Counted from the first letter of the stretch, positions 1 through 12,328 are shown. The stretch: DNA of 64,000 nucleotides from Chrysemys picta bellii (GCF_011386835.1 NC_088793.1:101680001-101744000), one strand, 5' to 3'. Numbers and translations: made by a program. The notes: a model not told the origin generated them from the sequence alone.

Positions 1-765
1 AGAACTGTAAGATCTGTTGAAACCTGTTGGTATTTTGGGGAAACATTCTGTAGATTTAACAGTTGTTTAAATGTATCTTTCTGCCTAGCATCAGTATTTC
101 ACTTGTGTTTCATCTCTGTTGATCGATATGTTGCTGTCACTGACCCTTTAATTTATCCAGTTAAGTTCACAGTGCCTGTTTCAGGCGTGTTCATAGGTGT
201 TGCGTGGACATTTTCATTAGTATACAGTGTTTATGTTGTCTTCATTGGGGCTAATGAAGAAGGGCTACAAGAATTAGTAAATGCCCTCTCCTGTGAAGGG
301 GGGTGTCAGATTATGTTAAATAAAATGCAGGTGGTTGTATCCTCGCTCCTTTATTTCATACCTTTCTTTACAGTGATAGCACTTTACAGCAAGATCCTTG
401 CTGTGGCTAAACGACAAGCTAGAATGATAGAGATGATGAGCAACAACACCCAGTCATCTGATAATTACAGTGACAGAGTTGGCAGAAGAGAGAGGAAAGC
501 TGCTAAAACCCTGGGTATACCTGTGATTGCTTTCTTGGTATTCTGGTTACCTTTTTTTATAACTGTAATAATTAATGCTTTCCTCAACTTCATAATTCCA
601 CCCCTTGTCTTTGACATTGTAGCTTGGTTTGCTTATTCCAACTCTGCCATTAATCCTTTGATTTACTCTCTCTTTTATCCTTGGTTTCGAAAAGCAATGA
701 AAGTGATTGTGAGCTGTAAAATCCTCCGCCTTGATTGCTCAACAATGAGTTTGTTTTCTGAATAA
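1..765 (+). CDS. Trace amine-associated receptor, TAAR6/7/8/9-clade-like; 5' part lies outside the window
   Basis: Frame 1 is open from base 1 (RTVRSVETCWYFGETFCRFNSCLNVSFCLASVFHLCFISVDRY) to TAA at 763-765. It has the class A GPCR motifs DRY, FWLP and NPLIY, plus TAAR hallmarks (ERKAAKTLGI, AWFAYSNSAINP). Its orientation is opposite to TAAR5/4, as in the amniote cluster. Confidence 0.9.
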   Translation, partial: RTVRSVETCWYFGETFCRFNSCLNVSFCLASVFHLCFISVDRYVAVTDPLIYPVKFTVPVSGVFIGVAWTFSLVYSVYVVFIGANEEGLQELVNALSCEGGCQIMLNKMQVVVSSLLYFIPFFTVIALYSKILAVAKRQARMIEMMSNNTQSSDNYSDRVGRRERKAAKTLGIPVIAFLVFWLPFFITVIINAFLNFIIPPLVFDIVAWFAYSNSAINPLIYSLFYPWFRKAMKVIVSCKILRLDCSTMSLFSE

Positions 766-983
766 AAATGTATCTTGTACTGCTAAGTTCTGATTCCAAG
801 TCACCGTCTTCCTCTGTCTGTTTTGTTGTTTTTCCTTTCAAATAATCTCCCAGACTTTTATAGCTGTATACTTTGAATCCTAATGGAAATCATGTTGAGT
901 TATTTTTAGTAAAGTCCATTTCTATTTTTTGTAATGTTCTGATTTAAAGTGTCAGTGAATATCTTTTTTTTTTAATGAGGCTG

Positions 984-989
984 AATAAA
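984..989 (+). terminator. Candidate polyadenylation signal of the first TAAR
   Basis: AATAAA about 220 nt after the stop, retained in the paralogous flank near 12544. Another AATAAA overlaps the stop codon (761-766). Confidence 0.4.
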
Positions 990-1724
990 AAAGGGAAATT
1001 TTGCTTAATCAACTATTCTGTGTGTTATATAGCATTATTTTTGTTAAATATAACATTATTATATAGTATTTCTGACAAAATTACAATACATTGCACTATA
1101 AACACTAGATATATTTAGCACTGATTGGATAATTTTATTTTGTATTTTTCTGTATCGCTGGTTGGCTTAGAAACTCTCTAGGCCCTAGAATAGGCCACTG
1201 TGAACAATAGGAAACATACAGAGCCCATGAAAAACCAACTTAACAGAGATGGGGATGGCGGTGGAGGGATGGGGGGGGGGTATAGGTATCTTATGAAACT
1301 AGCAAATCAGATGCAAATAGGACATAATAGTTGTTGCAGGGAAAATTGAAGTCATAATGGCAACTTCAAGATGTCCATAATTCCAATCCACACCATTTTC
1401 TTCAAAGCTACTGGACCAAAAATAATGTAGATAGACAGAAAGTACATGCACACCAATGAAGGTCTAATTAGATTCCATCTAGTGTCAATGCCAAAAGTCC
1501 TATTGATTTAATGGTAGTCAGATCATTTCCTTAGTCAGCAATAATGATTAAAAGATCAAAAGTGTTATGATGCTTTATGCCCTCCATGACTTTCTCAGTG
1601 ACTGAATGGACTATACCAGTCATTTAAAGCTTTTGAGACAACTCATATAGACCAACTCTGTCCCAGTCCAGGGTCACCTTTAAAATATCTGAATGACAGG
1701 TGATTACTGAGAAGAAGTAGGTGA

Positions 1725-1879
1725 TCTCAGGGAAGCAGGCTGGTGTTTATAAAGAAGCCCATTCTGATAATCCTGTTTTTAGAACCCAAAGCGCCATTCT
1801 GTGAGCAGGGTGGACTACAGGTCCTCTATGTGCCGGCTACTTTTTCTCTCACAGAACCAGGAGAATCGAACAGGTGAGT
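1725..1879 (+). promoter_or_regulatory. Candidate promoter and non-coding first exon for the downstream + strand TAAR
   Basis: O/E(EBF)-like TCTCAGGGAA at 1725-1734, TATAAAG at 1748-1754, and a consensus donor CAG|GTGAGT at 1871-1879. Motif evidence only. Confidence 0.3.
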
Positions 1880-2169
1880 TGTTATGGCAGAAATAACTGC
1901 TCCTAATCTGGTAGAAGGCATGCTAAGAAACAAAAGGTCTACATAAGCCCCCACCACTTTCCACAATCAAGGAGAGAACCACAAGGAAGAAGGTCATGCT
2001 AATGGGCAAATTGTTGAGGCTGATTAAAATGTTGTCTTATAATTCCCTTTTAAAGAATAAGCTCTGCAGTTAAGTTACCTTCATGTAAGTTACCTTCTCC
2101 TCTGTCTGGCTTGAAGTAGCTCCAGTGCTGTTGGTATGAGTGTGATAGCCTGAAATTTTATTATCCCTC

Positions 2170-3324
2170 TGTGACGTTGTACAGTCTATATGGTTTTATA
2201 AAAACATGATGGTAAGTCAATATAATGTAACTGGAATATGCTTCATGCAAAATGTCTCTTGTAAGGTATCATTACAAAGCTTATAATCTACTGAGTGTGA
2301 TCATCCTATTTGTATAAATGTACCACACTTGTATCTAAAACTAGATATATGAAATATAACTCTGAGGGCCTATTGTAATTATGCAAAGTGTGGGCCATTA
2401 ATGGTGGTTTGGAATCTTGACGACTCCCATTAACCAGGACCATTGTCTGCAGATGGCTGTGTTTACCTGTGAGTGTTCCTGTATATGTGTGTGCTGGCAA
2501 GTGGGTAATGAAGTCTTGCAGAGACATGTGATCATGTCACCTGAACTGGAATCCATCTTTAACCTGGTGCTTTTCCAATGGGGGGGGGGGTGGAAACCCA
2601 GGGGGACAAAGGGTTCCCGCCTTATGCAAAAGTAATATAAAGGGGTGGAACAGAACAAAGAGGGGAGAGAGGAGCCATCATGAAGAATCCCCTAGCTACC
2701 ACCTAAGCTGGAACAAAAGCTGTACCAGGGGAAAGAATTGTGCCCAGGCCTGGAAGGTGTCCAGTCTGAGAAAAAACTTACTGAAGCATCTCTGAGGGTG
2801 AGATTATCTGTATTCAGTTTAATTAGACATAGATTTGCGCATTTTATTTTATTTTGCTTGGTGACTTACTTTGTTCTGTTTGTTACTACTTGGAACCACT
2901 TAAATCCTACTTTCTGTATTTAATAAAATCACCTTCTACATAACTCAGAGTATGTATTAATATCTGGGGGAGCAAACAACTGTGCATATCTCTCTATCAG
3001 TGTTATAGAGGGCGAACAATTTATGAGTTTACCCTGTATAAGCTTTATACAGGGTAAAACGGATTTATTTGGGTTTAGACCCCATTGGGAGTTGGGCATC
3101 TGAGTGCTAAAGACAAGCACACTTCTGTGAGCTGTTTTCAGGTAAACCTGCAGCTTTGGGGCAAGTAATTCAGACCCTGGGTCTGTGTTGGAGCAGACGG
3201 GAGTGTCTGGCTCAGCAAGACAGGGTGCTGCAGTCCTGAGCTGGCAGGGAAAACAGGAGCAGAGGTAGTCTTGGTACATTAGGTGGCAGCTCCCAGGGGG
3301 GTTTCTGTGATCCAACCTGTCACA
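2170..3324 (+). mobile_element. Solo LTR, about 1.15 kb, family shared with 48646-49847
   Basis: TGTGAC...GTCACA termini and a perfect 5-bp TSD CCCTC (2165-2169, 3325-3329). Reverse-complement homologue at 48646-49847. Confidence 0.85.
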
Positions 3325-3329
3325 CCCTC

Positions 3330-4540
3330 CTCAAAGAACTCTGAACTTTTCCTGCAGTTTTTTGTTTTTGTAGTTCAAATAGCAGCAAAAGGATTTTAAT
3401 AATATATGTTAAATCAATTCTCTCTCCAACCAAATGACTGGGTATCGTGATTTTTGGAGGAAATAGTTTCCTGCACTTCTAGTATCAGGCTGAATTACAG
3501 TAGACCTTTATGGATTTCACAAACAAAACGAGGTCAGAAACACTCAAGGCCTAACAAATGCTTCCCCTGCAAAGGGTGGGGGCTAGTTCTTCTATCTGGA
3601 CCTTTAAGGGCATTAGGCTGGTGTTATAGCTGGTCCTATTTTTTCTGAATTTGTTCACTCATTCCATGGCAGAAGATGAGGGGGTAATAGTAGACTCACC
3701 ATTCTAAAGGGGCAAGAATCTTTCTTTCTATGGTCTTCTATGCCCAGGATTTAGACAGGGTTCCAAAGGGTGTGGAAGGAAAGAGGTCCTGTGTTCTACA
3801 TATCTCCAGATAAGCTTTCTGCAACATTTTATATCCCCCTTGGATATACATGGGCTGAGATTAGGATGTGGGCTATGCCTGTGTCCCTCTATGCCTGGAA
3901 TTTATTCCCATTAACTTTCACTGTCTGCCCCCATCGGGGATCCATTGTTTCTGTTCCCATTTGGGTACAGCAGGACTAATGTACCAGGGTATTAGGAGTT
4001 AACTCCTAAGCACATACACTGTATGCCCTAGATGAGCTGGTTGGGCAACTTCCTCCCTCCAGAGGCTGAGTCACACAGTTAACTCCTTAAGTTTGAGATG
4101 CAGGCTGTCACTCTAGGACCAGACTTATCCCTAATGGATGAATTGGGCAATTCCAGATGATATGATCCAGTTTATTACAGATATGACACCGCTTCTCCCC
4201 ACTGTCTCCGGGGTTCCTCAGAGCTGGCTTCCCTCCCATTGGAGTAGGTCTTGTCTCCTGGGTGAGTTTACCCATTTCTCATATGTGAAGCGTACTCTGA
4301 TGAGTTGTCCCTCCACTTTGGGTTCAACGGGTGGGCCATTCATCCGTGGACTTCCTCTCAGACCCAGACCTGCCATCCACATAGCCAGCCACTTAGCTTG
4401 TGGCAAAGAAGTCTCTTGGCTTCTTATCCACCAACAACATTTAACATCATGGGAACAAATCATAAAACTGTTCCAGCCGAACCATTTCATACAGCTCATT
4501 CAATATACGGCTCAAAAAAATCAATCTGGTTTAGAGGGAA
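3330..4540 (-). mobile_element. Degraded Ty3/Gypsy gag-protease remnant
   Basis: The minus strand reads LYEMVRLEQFYDLFP (gag-like), a CCHC zinc knuckle CHICNKLDHIIWNC (4147-4188), and the protease core VKVNGNKFQA*RDTG (DTG at 3877-3885). Multiple stops. Confidence 0.6.
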
Positions 4541-4589
4541 ATCAACCTGGTTTAGAGGGAAGTCAAAGAAGCTAGGAATTGTAGAAAAT

Positions 4590-6658
4590 TGATAAGGGAA
4601 ACAAAGGGACACAAGGAGAACTTTATGACCATCAGAGTTAAGGACAATAAAGAGGAGGTTTTTTAAAGTATATTAGGAACCAAAAATATCCTAACAATAT
4701 TATTGGTCCATTTCTAGGTGGAAATGGTCATATTATCAATAATGTTGTAGAAAGGAGAGAAATGTTCAATAAATATTTCTGTTCTGTATCTGGGGGTTGG
4801 GAAAAACAACAGATGATATAGTCATATTAGATGGTGACACTCTTTCCATTCTACTAGTATCCTGGAAGGATGTTAAACAGCAGTTACTGAAGTTGGACAT
4901 TTTAAAATCAGCAAGTCCAGATAACTTGCATCCCAAGGTTCTAAACGAGCTGACTAATGAGCTCATTGGATTATTAATGTTGATTTTCAATAAGTTTTAG
5001 AACACTGGGGAACTTTTAGAAGTCTGGATGAAAGCTAGTGTTTTGCCAGTATTTATAAAAGATAAACGGGTTGCCCCAGGTAATTATAAGCCCACCAGTC
5101 TGACATCTATCTCAGGCAAGATAAAAGAGTGGCTGATATGGGACTCAATTAATAAAGAAATAAAGGAGGGTAATATAATTAATGATAGTCAATATGGGTT
5201 TATGGAAAATAGATTTTCTCAAACTACCTTGATATCTTTATTTTTTGATGAGATTATATAGTTGGTTGGTAAAGGTAATAGATCTAATATACTTAGACTT
5301 CTGCAAGGCATTTGACTTGATGCCACACAACATTAAAATTGATTAAAAATTAGAAATATATAAAATTAACATGACACATATTAAATGGATTCAAAATTGG
5401 CCAACTGATAGGTCTCAAAATGTAACTGTAAACAGGGAATTGTCATCTAGTGGGTGTTTCTTAGTTCTTAGTCCTACATTATTTAACATTTTTAGCAATG
5501 ACCTAGAAGAAAATATAAAATCACCACTGATAAAGTTTGCAGATGACACAAAAATTTGGGACGTGGTAAATAATGAAGAAGACAGGTCACTGATACAGAT
5601 ATATCTGGATCGTTTGGTAAGTTGGGTTCAAGAAAAATATGCATTTTAATATGACTAAATATAAATATACATTTAAGAACAAAGAATGTAGGCCATCCTT
5701 ACATGATGGAGGACTCTAACCTGGGAACCAGTGTCCGAAAAAGATTTGAGGTCATGGTGGATAATCAGATGAACATGAGCACCCAGTGTGACTCTATGGC
5801 CAAAAGGGTGAATGAAATCCTTGGCTGTATCAACAGGGAAGTCTAGAGTAGGAATAGAGAGTTTATTGTACTTCTGTATTTGGCACTAGTGCAACTGCTG
5901 CTGGAATACCTTTCTGGTGTCCACAATTCAGTAAAGACATTGTGGAATTGGAGAGGGTTGAGAGAAGAGCCACAAGAATAATCAAAGGTTCAGAAAATAT
6001 GACTTATAGTAGCAGTTCTCAATCAGGGATACGCGTATGCCTGGGGGTATGCAGAGGTCTTCCAGGGTATATATCAACTCATCTAGATATTTGCCTAGTT
6101 TTACAACAGGCTACATAAAAAGGAAGTCAGTGAAAGTCTGTACAAACTAAAATTTCATACGACACTAAAAATTCAGACTGGAAACAAGGTGTAAATTTTT
6201 AACAATGAGAATAATTAAACTTTGGAACAATTTACCAAGGATCATGGTGGATTCTCCATCACTGGCAATTTTAAAATTAAGATTAGATTTTTTTTCTACA
6301 AGATCTGCTCTAGGAAGTTCTATTGACTGTGTTATACTTGAGGTTAGACAAGATGATCACCAGGGCCGGCTCCAGGCACCAGCTTAACAAGCAGGTGCTT
6401 GGGGCGGCCAAGGGAGAGGGGCGGCACCTGCGGCAATTCGGGGGCGGCAGGTCCCTCACTCCTTCTTGGAGCGAAGGACCTGCCGCTGAACTGCTGCCGC
6501 CGATCGCGGCTTTTTTTTTTTTCCCCCAATTGCCCAATTGCTGCCACCGATTGCGGATTTTTTTTTTTTTTTTGCTTGGGGCGGCAGAAATGCTGGAGCC
6601 GGCCCTGATGATCACTACACTCCCTTCTCACTTGGTAATCTTTGAATCTATGAATCTT
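4590..6658 (+). mobile_element. CR1 LINE, 5'-truncated ORF2 (reverse transcriptase) through the 3' end
   Basis: Fragmented RT motifs: SPDNLHPKVLNEL, NYKPTSLTSISGK, SQYGF, LSPTLFNIF and KFADDTK. C-terminal RIIKLWNNLP...SPSL. Ends in the CR1-type tail gaatctatgaatct. Confidence 0.9.
6361..6607. mobile_element. hAT-type MITE (CAGGGCCGGCTCCAG family) nested in the CR1 3' end
   Basis: TIR CAGGGCCGGCTCCAG and a perfect 8-bp TSD ATGATCAC. Confidence 0.9.
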
Positions 6659-6789
6659 TTCCTCATTTGCAGAGAGAATCCCTCAGCTGAGTCAGGGAGT
6701 GGGGTGGTGGAAGCTTGCTGTGAATGGTGGGAGGGAGAGGGATAGAAGGGGGATTGAGGGGAGTTACTGAGGCTCTTTGGAGCGGGTGC

Positions 6790-7978
6790 TGTCACGGATT
6801 CTGGGAGTGCAATGTGGACCAGTAAGGGGTTGTGTCACCACTTGCACTACAACCCTGGGTGCCTTACAATGCTTTGCTGCTGTAGCTCCCAGCCTGGGAC
6901 ACTCACAGCCAGCTCACAATCATGCCATCACCACCCTGGGTGTCTGTGTGCTAGACAGCCCTGGTTCAGCAGCTCCGACTTCAGCCGCCGGTCTACAGCC
7001 TCACAGCCCCACTGTGGCTTCCACCAGCCCTCATGACAACCAGCAAGGTGGCCCCAACACACTCCCAGTCCCCAGTTTCCCCAAAACTCTGTGCCCTGAA
7101 GTGTCCAACCCTCTCCTGGACAGCTCAGAGAAATAATAAGGTTCATTTGTTTCTGTCTCCCTTTGTTTGGGCACAGGCTGTAAAGCCTAATTTCAGTGAG
7201 TATCTATAATTCCTGATCAGGGCTGGCTCCAGGCACCAGCACAGGAAGCAGGTGCTTGGGGCGGCCAATGAAAAGGGGCGGCATGTCCGGGTCTTTGGCG
7301 ACAATTCGGCGGTGGGTCCATCAGTCCCTCTCGGAGGGAAGGACCGGCCGCCAAATTGCCACCGAAGAATGAAGCGGCGTGATAGAGCAGCCGCCGAAGT
7401 TCTGCCGATTGCAGCTTTATTTTTTTCCCCCTCTTTGCCGCTTGGGGTGGCAAAAAAGCTGGAGCTGGCCTTGTTCCTTTTAGAGTGTTAATATACATAT
7501 TGTATGATGATATTAATCACCTGTGTGTCACAGGCTTTTATAAAACATCTCACTTGATAAACTTTTAGAATACCCTAATATGGTATACAATCAGTTGATT
7601 CAATTGCTGCTCACTTGAGGTTCAGCCCGCGGTCTGTAGAGCCCAGATAATATTTCACTTCCTTCCTCAAAGCTGTCTCCTCCCACATTTGTTAGCTTGT
7701 TAGCTCTGCTTACCTAAATGAAGATCCATTTACACATGTCTCTGCCTGCTCACCAAGCTGGTTAGAAAAACAGATGCATATTCCTTTTCCTAGGATGGAC
7801 CAGTTTACCAACTCCCCCTGACTTGCCTGGCTTAAACTCATTTTAGCCATCATTCCAGCTTATATCTAATACTCTAAATATACACTGCATACATACATCA
7901 CCCAAGAACATTAATGATCAGTGAGTTATTAGTTTTCCATTGACATATTACGTCATCTTTTAGATAACTATCATGACA
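6790..7978. mobile_element. Probable solo LTR carrying a nested MITE
   Basis: TGTCAC...ATGACA termini and LTR-like composition. No matching TSD found. Confidence 0.5.
7218..7473. mobile_element. hAT-type MITE (CAGGGCCGGCTCCAG family)
   Basis: Degenerate TIRs (CAGGGCTGGCTCCAG ... CTGGAGCTGGCCTTG) and an interior homologous to 6361-6607. TSD partly decayed (TTCCTGAT/TTCCTTTT). Confidence 0.8.
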
Positions 7979-8029
7979 CTAGTGTGTGAGGTGTAGTGAG
8001 TATGTCAGGCCTGACAAAAGTTGCTGACA

Positions 8030-9110
8030 GACTAGTGAGCCACAAATGGGCCTCTGTTGCACTGGTGCCCTGTGCTTCCCTACCCCTCAGTGGCTGGTGC
8101 CCGGTGCAACAATGTTCCCTTGCTGCCCACTAGGTGCTGGTGTCCTGTCTCCCACCTCACCCTGCTATCACACTTGCTTCAAGTCCTGCCCCTCTCCTGA
8201 ATGTTCTCCACCTGCTCCCCTGCAGCCAATTTAATCTCTTGTGCTGCTGCTGCTTCTTCAGGCCCTCCTCTGGGTCCTGCTTTTGCCTTTCCCTCATAGG
8301 TTGTAGGTGAGGCTTCCCCTGCCCACTTCTTACAGCCAAAAGGCCACATCCTCACGTGCTGCTCTCAGCCCTCCCCCGTAGCTCTGGCCAGGGCAGGGAG
8401 GGCTGCGAGCTCGGCCCCTCACCCCATGGCCCTGGCTAGGGTGGGGATCGGAGGGGTTGAGAGCTTGGCCTCGGCTGGGATCAAGCGCTTGGCTGGGAGC
8501 GCTGTGGCGCTCTCGGCTCTGGCTAGAGCTCTGAGCCCACAGTCCCTCCCCCAGTCCACCCCTTGCACCTGAGGCCCCGCCCATGGCCCCACCCCATTCT
8601 GCCCCTTCCCCCGCAACCCAGCCCTGTTCCACCCTTTTTCCCACAGTCCTGCCCCTGTTCCACCCACTGCCCCATCCCCGTTCCACCCCTTTCACTGTGG
8701 CCACATCCCTGCCCCGATGCACTGCCCCCTCTCACCCCGGCCCGAAGACTGGAAAAGCTCTGGGGCCATGGTGGGGGTAGATTTTTCCAGGAATCCAAAA
8801 TGCACCACTGCACCACCCCAGCAGCGCGAAGTTTGGGGAGGCTTAGCCTTCCCCAACCTCCATTATGCACCACCTATGTTCTGTCCCCCCAGCCCTCCAC
8901 GCCCCGTGCACATGCACAGGGGGAGAAACATAGCTGTGACCCACTCTCACCTCTGTGAGATAATGTGTGGGCCGAAAATATCAGGAGGGTGGAAACATAG
9001 ATCCGCTTCCCCAATATTTCCATTGCAGGGGCTCTAGGTCCCCTCATTCCCACCACCCCTGAGCTGAGGTAGGCAAGGTTATCCTTTTGGACCCCCAACC
9101 CTGCAAAAAA
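8030..9110. repeat. GC-rich, probably transposon-derived sequence; boundaries uncertain
   Basis: C-rich low-complexity core (ccccgcccatggccccaccccattctgcccc) like the interiors of the other non-autonomous DNA elements here. TIR and TSD not resolved. Confidence 0.35.
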
Positions 9111-9774
9111 AAAAAAAATCCGAAACAACAAACCCTTTTCCTTGTGTGTCTCTGCAGTCTGTACAAATCTGAGGCGTAAAGCTGCTTTAAATTGTTTGTA
9201 GTCCCCACAGCCTGTCCCAAACATTTGACATTAAGCATCTATGGTGTTACCTCCCAAATAAGGGCAATAGAAAATGGAACTGATCTGCAGAGGGAACTCA
9301 TTTTAAATCACAAGTCTTCTCAAAAGCAGTGAAATAGACGTCAATATATCATCCTCCTTAAACCGGGGAAACAATTAACCATCTATACTCCCTGTGGAAT
9401 TGATACTCTGTGTTGTGTTCCCATTTACTGAATCATCAGGTCCCTGGAGCTACAGTCGTTTTCTCTGTCAATCTCACTCTGATTCTCAGACTCCCCGTCA
9501 GTAAGCAGTTTCTCATTCAGGAACAGCTTCGTCTTCTCCAGCTGTAGCTTCCTTCATTCCAGGTCCTACTAATTTGGGAAACATGGTCTGGATGGGACAG
9601 AATTACTCCCCCAGTTGTTGCATACACTCCAAACATCTTCCTCCAGGTCATTGTCCTCAGGCTTTCCCCGTCCTGCTAGTTCATACTGGCCTCTGTTTTT
9701 CCTCAAACTCTCCTGGCAGACAGTGTCCTTCCCACAAGCTCACCCAGTTCTGAACCATGATTCCTTTTCCTGTA

Positions 9775-9930
9775 CAAAAAGGTGGTCTAGTGGGACTCAA
9801 AGAAGATTTCAGTTCAAGTTCCTCACCGGCCACACAGACTTTCCAGGTAACCACTTAATCTGTGTATTTCAGTTCCTTGTCGGTAACAGGGGGATCATAA
9901 TACTTCCCTACATCACTGGGATGTGGTGAT
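9775..9930 (+). mobile_element. Old CORE/MIR-like SINE fragment (similar fragment at about 13520-13635)
   Basis: ctagtgggactcaa...ttcaagtt...cagttcc...ggggatcataatactt resembles a CORE-SINE body, and a related copy lies near 13530. Confidence 0.35.
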
Positions 9931-11297
9931 AAATATGCTGAAACAAATGAAATCACCTGAGCATCATCTGATAATGAGTGTAGCGCTTTTCTTTCCGAAT
10001 GAAAATGCATTCCTTAAAAATATGTAGACTGGAGCAGTTAAAGGAACATGGGAAAGTAAAAAAGAAAATAGAAAGCCTTGGCCTATGTGACCTGGGTCAC
10101 TCTTGGGCTCAGGACAAACCACTACCAACACCTTGGTCAGGTGTAACAACACAAAGAGGGTTTATTTGGCTGTCACAGCCTTACCCCACAGTAACAAGCA
10201 CAGCACTGACAGCCAAGAGTAATCTTCATGGAGGCTCTGGCAGGTAGCAGTCTCTCAAGAAATTCCTGGCCCCTATCCAGGCCCCTCTCACAGAGGTCAG
10301 CCACAACTGGTCTACATTCCCCAATTTCAAACCCTCCTTCCAAGCCTGACACTTACTGCAGGTGCAGCAGAGCAGGACTGACTGAGCCCACAGCTGCCTG
10401 TTAACCCTTTCCTCACCAGGGTGGATTTGCAAACCTCATCACAGTCTGTTAACATATTTTGTAGAAATACATGTGCAAAGACTCATAAGAATCAGCATCT
10501 GCAGAGTCAAAAGAGACAGGATCTGGCTAAGAAGTTCCATACCTTGCTTTTGATGTTACTTATGAAGATCTCAGGCCCTGATCCTCACTCCCTCATAACA
10601 ATTTGACACCGTGGAATTACATGGCATAAAGCTGACATAAAAGAAAGGAGACGGTGGCCCTACATTTTGTTACTGAAAAAAGCTGTATGATTTTCAGGTC
10701 TGACATGATGATACATCATATTTTGCAGCACAACTTAATAATGATTTTTACAGCTTATTGTCATCTCAGTTTTCCCACCTGTCACCACACAGACTTTATT
10801 TAGGAAAATCAGTGAATATGCCTCAAACTTTTTTTCCTTTGGGAGAGGAGAGAACAGGCTTTGTCATTAACCTGAACATCAGAACTCAGGGGAGGCCAAA
10901 TTACTATAAATTGAAGCCTGATCCAACATTCTCTTCACATCTCAGTTCACATTGATTTGTGAAAGGGAATTTCTCAGATGGGTTAGGCATTGGAAGATTC
11001 AAAGGAAGTAAGAATGAATCCTTAACTCCAGATACAATACATTAAAATAATTTCTTTTTCCAGTTATTTCACTTCTTATTTTAAACCAGAGAAAAGTGGT
11101 TGCTGCAGAAATCTTCCATTGTTGTAATTTTTTAAAGTTGTGAATTAATATTAATGTCTGCATTCAAGATCATATTGTGGAGTTATTATATTAACACCCA
11201 TGTTTACTTTTTTTTCAGGAGAAGTTGGAAATAGGCGCATGTATTTCCTTTACTAGATCTTAACCATCAGTTCAGGAATTCAATTTTGAGGGAAATA

Positions 11298-12328
11298 ATG
11301 AACTCAACCTTTTTTGATCAGGAAGATTTGCAGTACTGCTTTGAGAACATGAATGAATTTTGCTATAAAACACCATATTCTTCTGAACTCCAAGTAACTT
11401 TGTATATTTTGCTTGGTATGCTGACGATTTTTACAGTAGGTGGAAATCTAATGGTAATTGTTTCCATTGCTTATTTTAAACAGCTTCACTCACCTACAAA
11501 TTTTTTGATTGCCTCCTTGGCATGTGCTGATTTTGGCTCGGATCTGACTGTGCTACCCCTTAGCATTGTAAGATCTGTTGAAACCTGTTGGTATTTTGGG
11601 GAAATATTCTGTAGATTTCACTGTTGTTTAGATGTATCTTTCAGCCTAGTATCAGTATTTCACTTGTGTTTCATCTCAGTTGATCGATATGTTGCTGTCA
11701 ATTATTCTTTAATTTATGCAGTTATCTTCACAGTGCCTGTTTCAGGCATATTCATAGCTGTTGCCTGGACATTTTCTTTAATGTACAGTTTTTCTGTAGT
11801 GTACACTGGGTCTCATGACGAAGGGCTACAGGAATTAGTGAGCACTCTGTCCTGTGAGGGGAGTTGTCAGATTTTTTTCAATAAAACGTGGGTGGTTGTA
11901 TCCTCTCTTCTTTATTTCATAACTTTCTATGCAATGATAGTGCTTTACAGCAAGATCTTTGCTGTGGCTAAACGACAAGCTAGAATGATAGAGATTATGA
12001 GCAACAACACCCAATCATCTAATAATTACAGCGACAGAGTTGGCAGAAGAGAGAGGAAAGCTGCTAAAACCCTGGGTATACCTGTGATCGCTCTTTTTTG
12101 GTATTCTGGTCACCTTATTTGATAACTGTAATAATTGATATTTTCCTCAACTTTATAACTCCACGCCTTGGCTTTGACATTGTAGCTTGATTTGCTTATT
12201 CCAACTCTGCCATTAATCCTTTGATTTACTCTCTCTTTTATCCTTGGTTTCGAAAAGCAATGTAAGTGATTGTGAGCTGTAAAATCCTCTGTCTTGATTG
12301 CTCAACAATTAGTTTGTTTTCTGAATGA
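11298..12328 (+). pseudogene. TAAR6/7/8/9-clade-like pseudogene
   Basis: ATG at 11298 (MNSTFFDQEDLQYC...HSPTNF...DRY). Relative to the paralogue at 1-765 there is a +1 frameshift in the T-run at 12091-12100 (TM6), W->TGA at 12188-12190 and K->TAA at 12263-12265. The homologous stop is at 12326-12328. Confidence 0.9.

Larger units (their letters stand above)
1..1150 (+). repeat. Segmental duplication, copy A (TAAR CDS plus 3' flank); paralogue at about 11562-12715
   Basis: Near-colinear identity through the CDS and about 390 nt of 3' flank, for example aatgtatcttgtactgctaagttctgattcca in both copies. Confidence 0.9.

Noticed and set aside
10140-10455. Possible short LTR (similar-looking sequence at about 13880-14110)
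   Set aside because: No TSD or reliable termini, so I could not support a call.
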